Part shown: one piece after another, positions 54,070 to 64,000 of the stretch
Layout: every line of letters starts with the position of its first letter
How positions within the stretch are numbered: the stretch's first letter is position 1
Source: Chlorokybus atmophyticus
Lineage: Eukaryota > Plantae > Mesostigma and Chlorokybus algae
Reading direction: 5' to 3'
NCBI GenBank assembly: GCA_009103225.1
Contig: RHPI01001116.1
Coordinates: forward strand, 62,001 to 126,000
Length of the DNA: 64,000 nucleotides
The notes under the pieces: model-generated
Told to the model about the DNA's origin: nothing
The model's input: the letters and a program-made list of their open reading frames with translations, nothing else
Database searches by the model: none
Translations under genes and position numbers: made by a program

Positions 54070-56050
54070 GCATGTCGTGGGGTCCTAAGCCTCAAAGCAA
54101 GCTTACGTGCTGAGTCAGCACTGCTGACATCTTGACTAAGTGCTTCAATGACTCAGATTGGGCTCAATTTCGGCAACACTGCCGTAACAAATTGCTGCTT
54201 TTCAATAAAAGCAATTTACATGCAGCATGAAACAAGCGCATGTTTAAATTACAGTGGCCAACGTATTTGCTGTACTCGAATACCACGAAGTTATTTTATG
54301 CAGCGGGTGCACAACCCAGACCACAAATTATACATGAACCACGTCATTATAACAACGCTACATGTAATTTGACATTTGCATAGAACGCGACTGGTGTTTA
54401 TCCACCCGATGTGGAAACTACTTATACATCTTTGCTTGCATGCTTCAATTAAATAAATATATCTTAACTGTACATAAAGGCTATGTACGCCCTTCGACAA
54501 TTCCTACAACACTTCGTACTTACATTGGTAGACAAGTGTGCAGGCGTCTTTGCGATCGTTTATGAAAAATACCATCTACAAAGCTGTACGAAGAACTACA
54601 AAAGTTACCAGGTCTAACATACATGTTATGCGTGCATCACGATAATATTGCAATACGCTGGAACCTCAGCACTGCGGTTCTAACAGATCTAACAATGGCA
54701 TTGAAACCATTTTAACACGCGGTTTGCATATAGGCACTTTTTCAAACCGCCCCACATATAGCTTACCTGGAAGTTGCACAAAAATCCCCGTAAAACTTGT
54801 TGCATAGCTGCCGCTTTCAGCACCACATTATCCACAGCGTCACAGTGGTTGACCAAAGCCTACAAAGCTTCAGCCCCCATTGCAAATGCTTGCTGAGAGC
54901 AGCAGTTGATAGATGCATGAGTGACATTAATTACGAAACATTTATGGGTGATGCAGGACACTCAGTCGTTTGCGAGGTGTTTCAGGTGTACAACACTATC
55001 AGACCTCAAGAAGTTAAGAAGCTCAAGAATGCAGTCTTATAAACGCTCGACTTTACAACACTAAGCACTACTATCCATTTATAAGAGTTTATAACAAGAA
55101 CGCGTCGTTTTATGTCCACAATGTTTCAATTCAAGCATAGGATTACGCGCACGAGGATTTTAGAAAATAGTCACGGATAATTAAGAAGTCAAGTTCTTAT
55201 GGCATCATTAGCAACCGCAACCGCAACCGCAACCGAACAGTGGAACGTTTACAAGGAACTTGCTAACGGCAATGCTGAAATTTGTCCAGGATAACTTGTA
55301 TGTACAGGGGGGCAGGCGATGCCTGTACCAACGTCATTGGCATACTGATGGGCAATAGTGCGGGAGTGTACTTATGTAACGACCTGCTCTACACCTTTGA
55401 GTACGACTTTATAAGCCGCTTGATACCACATGGTAGGTTAATCATGAATCGCCTGATTGCTAATAAGGTACTGCGTTATTAATGATATCGAGGATTTGTT
55501 TGTCGTTAATGTACCACAGTTATAAAAAGTCATATATCAAGCAGAGTCAGCGTTTGGTGGCGGTATATACCCCAAGCATATGTTACAGCTAACGTCGACA
55601 CAGCAAGGTCACAGCGTGCCGTTATTAGACTTAACAGTGTTCCAGCATGAGACAGTGGGTTTGATTAGCACGCTATACAGCAAGCAGCTACTATCAGAGT
55701 ATGCTGAGGGTTAGTGCGTTGCGCAGCACACCTGTCTTCAAATTTGCACAAGCATTGTAAACGGGGGGTGGTGTGATCACAGTGCATACGCTTTCGTCAT
55801 GTTTGCACATTCACGTCAGACTTCCTAACAGCAATTGGCACACCCATCAAACGCATGCGTGCAGAAGGACACAGTAAGCGTCAGTTACTCAAGTTGTTGC
55901 AAGCACGCATGTTTACTAGGAATCAGTTGTGGTATGGCAAATCAGCGGAGACATGTATCATGCGATTCTTCGTGCCTCAGCCGAATGAGGGGAGCGTGCA
56001 AACGCCCTCATGTGTTCGGGATGGTATTTGCATAAACACCACCAACTAGT
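54070..56050 (+). mobile_element. Penelope-like retroelement reverse transcriptase pseudogene (copy A, best preserved; Naiad/Chlamys-like motifs)
   Basis: Ordered motifs across frameshifts: GPK (54081), LVDKC (54531), KLHKNP..CIAA..LS..SQWLTKA (54771), TLDFTTL (55049), KFVQDNLY, GILMGNSA..LCN.LLYTFE (55339), RY-IEDL (55474-55498), GGIYP (55562), VPLLDL, TLYSK, SN...SQCIRF..VC (thumb). Confidence 0.8.
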
Positions 56051-56918
56051 GGACATTTGTCATGATGACTGTGCTGCACGCATGATGTTAACTTGCATGT
56101 TGCGTGCTGCTGCTGCTGCAACTGCCTGCTAACATCAGTGACCCGCACTGCCTCTGGTTGCTACTAACGATGCTTGCAGTCAGCACACGTCCAGGGCGCG
56201 CAAACCCTAAAACACGACGTAGAGACTTAGAGACTTAGAGACTCCCGTTGCCACAGTAGCGGCCTGCCTTTGGTTTGGCAGTTCGCTACCTGTGGCGCTG
56301 CCGTAACAGGTGAGGAGCCGCCTTGTTGTTGCTCTCCTCCTGTTCGGCATGCTGCTGTGAGGTCCAGCGCATTGCCCTTGTGGTCCTGCTTGCTACATTC
56401 TTGCTTGCCGTGTCTAACACTAACACTGCTGGGTGCCTACCACTGCACAGTTGCCCTTGCCGTACCTAGTGGCTTGCATTGGTTGTTGTTGTTGTTGTAG
56501 TTGCTGGTTGCCTTGCTGGTCGTGCCACTTCACTTGCATGTCAAAAATAATACAGCTTCTAGCGCGGCTGCACCGACCTTGGTTGAAGATGGCCTCTTTT
56601 GCTCTCAACATTCTTGGTAGGTGCGTGATTGTGCACATATGAGCGTGCAATAATGTGATCATAAACTCTACTGTGCTCATGGTAACGCATCCTGTCATGC
56701 ATGAACACTGTGTAGTATAAAGGGTGAAACACATTACTCATAGTATGCGCATGTATGTTGCAATAAACTTTGAAAAGCTGTTCAACAGTGTGCAACTGAT
56801 ACATTCAGGAGCAGGTACGTAAGAATCGACATAAGCATATGCCAAGAAACCACAAAATATGCGACCAGCTAGCAGGTTGAGCAGTTCGGCACACATGGAT
56901 GTCTCTCATTGAAGCTGC

Positions 56919-57251
56919 NNNNNNNNNNNNNNNNNNNNNNNNNNNNNNNNNNNNNNNNNNNNNNNNNNNNNNNNNNNNNNNNNNNNNNNNNNNNNNNNNN
57001 NNNNNNNNNNNNNNNNNNNNNNNNNNNNNNNNNNNNNNNNNNNNNNNNNNNNNNNNNNNNNNNNNNNNNNNNNNNNNNNNNNNNNNNNNNNNNNNNNNNN
57101 NNNNNNNNNNNNNNNNNNNNNNNNNNNNNNNNNNNNNNNNNNNNNNNNNNNNNNNNNNNNNNNNNNNNNNNNNNNNNNNNNNNNNNNNNNNNNNNNNNNN
57201 NNNNNNNNNNNNNNNNNNNNNNNNNNNNNNNNNNNNNNNNNNNNNNNNNNN
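56919..57251. other. Assembly gap (N run)
   Basis: Run of N. Confidence 0.95.
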
Positions 57252-57531
57252 NCCCTTGCGCGGTTATGAAGTTCAAGCTATCTTCAAAAACACTTGGCGT
57301 TTATGAAGTTGAAAGCATGCCGAATTCAGCAGAGAAACAAACTGCTGGTACGATCCCTTTCCCTTAAGATACAAATGCTTCAAATGCTAAAGTATTCAGA
57401 ATAGCGGTACTTAAAAAGAAAATACCCGTACAGAATACAACCACTGTTTGGCTTTTGACCTAGCGGTGTCCTAGCGATTACCAAGCATAATCTGTCTGTG
57501 TTGGCATAATGTGTCTGGAGGGGGAGGGTGA

Positions 57532-59199
57532 TCAGTTGTTGACGAGGCGGAGGCCATCCTGCAGGGCGCGCGTATAGTCATTGAGCGCCTGTACTATCTG
57601 ATCATCCTCTGATACGCGCTCCTCGCGTTCGCTGGCAACGAGTGCCTTGAGCGTGGTGAGTTCAGCGGCTGTTTCTGCACGGAAGGCCTCGTCTGCGCGT
57701 GCGCGGGCGGCGAGGGACTCTCCGACCTCGCTGGCGACCTTGGCGACGGCGGCCTCACGCGCGACGCGTTCGGCGTCAACCTTCTCCTGCACGCGCAGGA
57801 CGTCCTCTCCGACGCGCTTGAGGACCACGGCCTCGCGCTCGAGGCGCGCCACGCGCTCGTCTTCGACGGCCGCGTGGGTCTCCTCCACCTGGGCTACCAC
57901 GCCCTTGAGCTTAGATACGATGGATTGAGCGAGGTGCTCCATGTCCGCACGCCTCTGCTCGCGCTCCTCGCGCAGAGCCGCGCTAACCTCACCGCACTGC
58001 CTGCCCACTGAATCCACCGCCGCCCTCAAACCCGTCGCCTGCGCGAAGTCTAATGTTAATCACACGTGCATGAACACGGAGGGTGCAGTGAAGTAACCAT
58101 CACGCGCACTCACCGTGTCGCGCGCTTGTGCCGCGAGACGCTCCTGCACGGCCTTGATCTCCGTGTCCACGGCAGCTCTCAAAGCTGAGTCCGCCTCACC
58201 TCTCCTCCTTACCTGCAGCGACAGTCTTAGTTGCACGCTCTTGACACATGCACACACAACCACCCACCCGGGCACGCTCGCGCACAGACACACGCACGCG
58301 TGCGCACATGCACGCGCTCACTCACACATGCACACATGCCCATGTCTGCGCACTCACACCCACACCACTACACCACACCCACCTCGTTCTCTAAGGTGCG
58401 TTCCATGCGCGCGACAGCCTCAGCAAGTGCTGCGCGTCGGGCTGCCTCAGCCTCGCGGCGTGCGGCCTTCTCGGCCTCGAGGTCCGTGTAGAGCGAGGCG
58501 AAGCGTTCGGCGACGCCGTTGCTGGCTTGGTGGTGAATCTTGGCAGACACGCCTCCGTTACCTCCGCCCATATTACCGTTGCCGCCCATGTTTGAGTATG
58601 ACTTGGGGTGGTGGTGAGACATCGGCGCCTGGTGGTGGAATGACCGGCTGAACCTGGCATTGCGTGTGGTTGTGTCAATTGATGTGTCAAACTACACAGC
58701 AAGGTTGGTACCGATAAAAGGGTAAAAGATACTGCTGTCTGTCTCACTGCTGTGCGTGTGAACAATTTGACCAAGTCGCATGCGTGCATTTGTGGCGTAG
58801 TGTAATGCAACATTAACTTGCAGTGTGAAGCTACATAAGCGGTTGGGTGATAGCTTGCTGTAACACAAGCATGTACACATCTGCGTGAAGCAGTTGTTGG
58901 ACTGACCTTTCCTCAGGTCCCGGCCCAGCCATGGCAGCCTCGTAATACGTCGGCGCCGCCTGAAGCCGCTCGCCTCCCTGCTGCTGCTGCTGCTGTGGCT
59001 CCCAACTCGCAGCCCCCAACTTGTACGCCACTGAGCGCGTAGTGACGACCAGTGTGAGACTCAGGCCACAACATTGAAACGACGACTTTGAAATTACCAA
59101 TAACAATGCACCAACCATGTACCCATGTCAACAGGAACAAGAACAGCAGACAAACTCACCGCCGCCGGCGCCGGCGCCGTTGCCGCTGTATGCGCGCAT
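57532..59199 (-). CDS. SFA: SF-assemblin (striated fibre assemblin / beta-giardin family)
   Basis: AERFASLYTDLEAEK, coiled-coil rod, C-terminal ERVSEDDQIVQALNDYTRALQDGLRLVN. The upstream exons (59199-59160, 59029-58914) join in frame and give a long low-complexity head. Confidence 0.88.
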
Positions 59200-59373
59200 T
59201 TACCGCGCAAGTCTCCCTTTAAGAGGTTGCAAGACACTCCCCTAACCAAGAACCCCTTTCACCTCACGCTCCACGCCGCCACTCCCTTACACCGCCCCCG
59301 CCGACGCCGCCGACCCCCCCAACACCAATACCGACACCTACACCTACACCACCGCCCCAGTCAATGACATCGG

Positions 59374-59383
59374 AAACCCTAAA
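59374..59383. promoter_or_regulatory. Telo-box upstream of SF-assemblin
   Basis: AAACCCTAAA ~175 bp upstream of the ATG. Confidence 0.5.
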
Positions 59384-59799
59384 CAAAAAACGGCGTCCCT
59401 TCCTTGTCGTCAAACAGCAGCAGTTGACCAGGCCGTACTAGGAGGATGATGGATATAACCGACATCACATGTAAGGCAAGTTGTCAAGGGAGCAGATATC
59501 GCAGATGGGCAGTCATTTGTAACGGGCCGAGACGGGTTAGACGGAGTGGCTAAATCGGGCGCGCGTGGGCGCGGGAAGTCACGTGAGTCTCTCCGAGGCT
59601 GGCTGGGGATCTCCCACGAATTGCCTTCGGATTCATGGCCCATGACTGTAATCACAAGATGGGCCGTATGTCCTAAGTGAGTAAGGCCCTTGACATAGGG
59701 GGTGCAGCTAAGGTTTTGACCCTCAAGCCATTGTGGCTGTTTTGTGAGCAGGTGTACTTTTAGCAGCAATGCAATGTGCTTATTGGAATATGCATATCA

Positions 59800-60700
59800 T
59801 CAAGCGAACAAAAACGTACATGAAGTTCACAACGTGCAATGCAGCTAGTCTAAGCGCTTACACGGCGTTTATCCTTCATTAACCAGGCCTGTAATTCAAA
59901 AAGGCCTTGAAGATAGGCTTGTAGTTAAATGTGTCATGCATGTAGCCGCTACACTTTGCGCGCACGCACAAAGATGCGGCTTCAAGAGGCTATTGCGCGG
60001 CATAATTTGAATGTCGTTCATCGCTTAAAAGGAACGCTCGTTATTAACGCTACCCACTGGAAGCACCTGCATAATGCGGGCCAACACGAGCTACTCAAAG
60101 ATGCAATCAGCTAGCAACACATTACTAAACAACCGCTGTTAAACCCCCAAAGTTATATGCACCACCATCAAGCGAGCCGCAGGCTAAATCACTTGAGCAA
60201 AGGAATCCCATTGCGCATTTATCTGCTGCACATCCACCAACGCGGAGCCTGCATGAGTGTTGAAGAATGCTACCCGTAGCATTGCAGTAGCACATGCAGA
60301 TGCGGCCACGCCTTGGAGTCCCACTCCCACACAATTGCTCAACCATTAATGTAAGAAGCAGACCTGCTTGTCTAAAAGCTTGGTTGTACCATGGTAAAGC
60401 CTTGCAGCAACTGAAACAATGAAAGAAAAGCATGTATGAAAGTCGCGCAACACCAGCTCAGTCGCTTGCTGGTTTTTATTGTTAATGACTATGAAAAGAC
60501 GCAGCTGATAGTGCTGCAGCACAGCTTGCCAAATCGCTTCGATATGGCCCATCTTGATTCATGGCCCTTGACTCAACGGCCATGAATCATATGTGATCCA
60601 TTCAGAATTCCAATCCGCCCAATGTTTGACAACGAACGCAATGTGCAATCATCATTGCATCAGTGCAAAAGTCGTGGGCTCGTAATCATCATTCATTGGC
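59800..60700 (-). mobile_element. Possible fourth decayed Penelope-like RT (copy D)
   Basis: AADKCAMGFLC at ~60226-60195 resembles the LVDKCAGVFA motif of copy A, within an AT-rich island. Other motifs are barely readable. Confidence 0.25.
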
Positions 60701-62438
60701 ATCATTGTAATTTTGACATAATTTCATAACAACGTACATATTTCTTTGAAGTGTTAAAAACGTAGGTAAATGGTTTCTCACGCAAATGTGCATTGAGACG
60801 TAAAGAGCATAATGGCAGCGATGATACTCATACGTACATATAATTAGATATTATATATCAGATTATGTGGCAAGCCACACGTGTTGCTTAAAGTGAGAGC
60901 TGAATTATGATGATATTCGCAAAGATACGAACTCAAGTACTTGAAATTTGGATATGGTCAAATGCACACCCTTGTTACATAAATGCAAACGTAACTGTAT
61001 TCTATGTTTTTGAGACGAAAAGCATAAAGTACGGTTAATTGATATTATTGAGACAATTGCGATAAAATAAAACTTGTTAACATACAGTCGTGCGTCACGA
61101 TATGCGTGTGTGCGGGTTGGCATTATCCTTTCATATTTAAAAGCATGCTAAATATATATCACAAAATTGTACGGATTGAAATTAGCTGTCATGCCGCTGG
61201 TACAAAACAACTTGTGTATTTAAAACCCTTCAACTCGTCATGATGTTTGTCATTCATTTTAATAGGACATAACACACGTTTATATGCTTGAGTCAACAGT
61301 TGCTGCGCGGGCTATATGTAACCGCATTGAGTCTGCTACGGCATTATAAGACTTAAACATCTTCTGACACATCTGTCAAGATGGATTGAAATTTCGAAAT
61401 GTTTTTGGTCATACAAATATCACAGTGACTCTTCTTGCAATCTTACGTTAAGGAGCTGTGAAATTGCAACAAGCTTACATTTGTTATACAAGCATTGTGT
61501 AGAGCCGGTGACGTCGGATCAGATGAATCTAAATCTATTAAATTTAGATTAATTGATTAGTAAAGAACATCCCACCCGTGCTAAGAGTAGCGTTCTTCAT
61601 GCAGACTTCCACTCTTATGACGGGGGCATTCCACCTGTCATTATTGCATAGTCTTAACACGAAGATTTGCAAATATATGATTGTATTGAAGACATGAGCA
61701 ATACATGTATACTTTATTATGATAGAAATAATATACACTGTACCATTGAATGTTTATGTGTAACTGCTTATACGCTGCACGTGTGTTAATATAGGCAGAT
61801 GTATATTATACGATCCAACCGTATGCACAAATGTTTTAATTATGCATGTATACATATAAGATAAACATTATGACATTAGACATAATTTTGACATATGCAG
61901 ATCATGTATGATTGTATTTGATAGTGTGTTAAATATGCATACACAAGACACACTGTATAACATCAACCATAATCAATGTCTTGAGGTAATTACAACATGC
62001 GCATAAAATGTATGTGTCTGAATTTTGTTGCATACATCGTGATCGCTTTTTATGCTATAATATGTGCACTTTATAACGATGTCAGCATAGTCAACCATGA
62101 GAAAGTTGACATGCTCACGATATTACATTACGTCAAGCGTATTGATTGTCATCTGAGAAATGCAAACAATTGCACATATCGCCATGTAGTGACCAAAACC
62201 ATGGATTGTGTTTATACTTCATTGCGTGACGGTCTGGGTACCTCTCCCAACGGGGAGTACAACACCAACATCACATGGTCAAAGCAAAGTTTGCTGCTCA
62301 ACATTGGTATCAGGTAGCATCACTCTGAGTGATTCACTCACATTGAATGGCCAATTCACAAGGGTACAACAAGTTGTACAACAGCCTGTGTAAGCTACAA
62401 GTTTGCCTACAACGCCTGCTTGCGCGAAGCGACCCAAA

Positions 62439-62447
62439 TTAGGGTTT
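62439..62447. promoter_or_regulatory. Telo-box upstream of IDH
   Basis: TTAGGGTTT ~50 bp upstream of the ATG. Confidence 0.5.
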
Positions 62448-62495
62448 CTATATGCCAGCGTCTGCACGAGCGCGGTGGGGACGTCCTCCTCCGCA

Positions 62496-64000
62496 ATGGC
62501 GACGGCGGCGGCGAGGTTGGTGAGGCGTCTCGCGGGCGGTCATGGGGCCGCGACGCAATGGCTGGCTTCGACGTCTTCGACGAGCACCACCATCGCCGCC
62601 GCGGGAGCAGCGGGTTGGCAGCTGGTGAGTAGTTGAACCAGTAAAGTTGACGTTCACTGGTTTGCCACCCAATGCAGCACCACTGGCCGCCTCCTGTTTC
62701 AACTGGCCTGGTCTGATGAGAAGTTGCACCGTGGTATTGAAACACTCAGATAGCAGCACAGTGTTCAATACGTCTATATCAACCCTTGAGGACTGTTGCT
62801 TGCCTGCCACATGTGAGCGTTACTGCCCTTCAGCTTCAGTCTCTGCCAACATGAACGACCAATTGCGCACATGGCTTCATTGTGTCGTGTTCAAGCGCTG
62901 AGTGCTTCAAACATGAAGCATGCGCAGTCAGAAGCGCTACTCTACCTGTCAAAACAGTCACAATGCACAATTGTGGTGTATACTGTTGCAAAGTTGCCTG
63001 AAGGTCAGCAGCTGGAAACTGTTGAGCTGCTTTTTCACAGTTGTCTTTCAAGTATGCCTTCCCACTTGGTCTCTGTTGGCCACTGACAGGGCCAAGTTTG
63101 CATGCATATTCCCGATTACATTCCCAGACGCATGCACTGGTCGATTAAAGTTGCTCTTGTGATTTACCCCTATCAATCTTGCATTGCGCGTTGCGTGAAC
63201 ACAATCCGTCATAGTCCCTGCGCAAAGTCACTCATGTTCATTACTTGTGCGTTGATTGACGTTACAAAGCGTACGTCGCTGCTTGCCAAATCGGGTTATA
63301 GGCACTTTGTTTCCATTCATTGCTTTGTTGCGTTCCCGCCAGATGCAAAGGCGCAATGTCACATACATGCCGACGCCAGGCGACTCGCAGACCCGCAAGG
63401 TCACGCTCATCCCCGGCGACGGCATCGGCCCAGAAGTCACGAGTACGTGTCTTGCTTGCAAACAGTCAGATCCACATGTATCTCTTTAAGTATGCATACT
63501 ACGAGAGCATGAGACTGATGTGAGGGGACTGGTGCAGGAGTGTGATTTTCAAAAGTTAACTTTATATAGTGTGAAAGTGAATTGAGAAGAGTACAACATG
63601 TTGTGTGTGCACAGTGCTTACTCAGGGTGTTGAAGCGCTTTGTTGCGTGTTTGTTGTGCAGCGGCTGTGAAGCGGGTGGTGGCTGCCATGAACGCGCCTA
63701 TCGAGTGGGAAGTGTTCAACCTCAGCGGCAGGGCTGAAGACGTGCCCACCGAGGTGGTGGCATCCATCAGGCGCAACCGAGTCTGCCTAAAAGGTGTGCA
63801 GCAGCTACGTCTAGCATGCGTGTCATAGGTGGCTGTTTTTACAATCAAGTCAGAACTCTCTTTCTTCAGGGACGCTGTTCACGCCGTTGGACGAGAAGAA
63901 CACGTCCACGCAGTCAATGAACGTGCAGATCCGCAAGTCGCTCAACCTGTACGCAAACCTCGTGCATGTGCACAACATACCCGGCCTGAAGACGCGCCAC
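62496..64000 (+). CDS. IDH: Mitochondrial NAD-dependent isocitrate dehydrogenase, regulatory-type subunit (5' partial)
   Basis: Presequence MATAAARLVRRLAG; TYMPTPGD..RKVTLIPGDGIGPEVT; SIRRNRVCLKG; SMNVQIRKSLNLYANLVH..NIPGLKTRH. Runs off the window. Confidence 0.93.

Noticed and set aside
55981-56025. SECIS element in the PLE 3' UTR (AUGA...AA...GA spacing fits)
   Set aside because: Helix II does not pair in the SECIS register; the alternative GCAA-capped hairpin is much better paired, and copy B lacks the 3' GA.
53031-57367. ORFs containing long X runs
   Set aside because: Artefacts of reading through N gaps.

Overview
Eukaryotic, intron-rich (GT-AG) nuclear DNA from a flagellated green-lineage organism. 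The gene set (RSP2, SF-assemblin, plant-type MEI2-like, PECT1, VDAC, NAD-IDH regulatory subunit, OvoA) and the intron style fit an early-diverging streptophyte alga; that placement is inference. The first ~18 kb is a transposon nest. It opens with two tail-to-tail ~0.5 kb TRIM-like mini LTR elements that carry tRNA-type A/B-box-like motifs, followed by a 29-bp mini-LTR junction. Next is a decayed Penelope-like (PLE) reverse transcriptase that has been split by a Ty3/Gypsy chromovirus (3034-9171, 860-bp LTRs, TSD GTGGC) and by a CACTA/EnSpm element (~9354-15324). The rest holds nine recognisable multi-exon genes: OvoA, LTO1/ORAOV1, a secreted or membrane-anchored protein of a bacterial/viral-type glycosyltransferase-like family, VDAC, MEI2-like, RSP2, PECT1, SF-assemblin and the 5' part of IDH. 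The AT-rich intergenic islands between them appear to be further fossils of the same PLE family. There is also a CRE-like LINE fossil, a palindrome cluster, a ~340-bp mosaic NUMT carrying group II intron domain V, and a densely hairpinned ~480-nt segment upstream of OvoA. All protein family calls come from manual motif recognition, with no database search. Coordinates of fossil elements are approximate.
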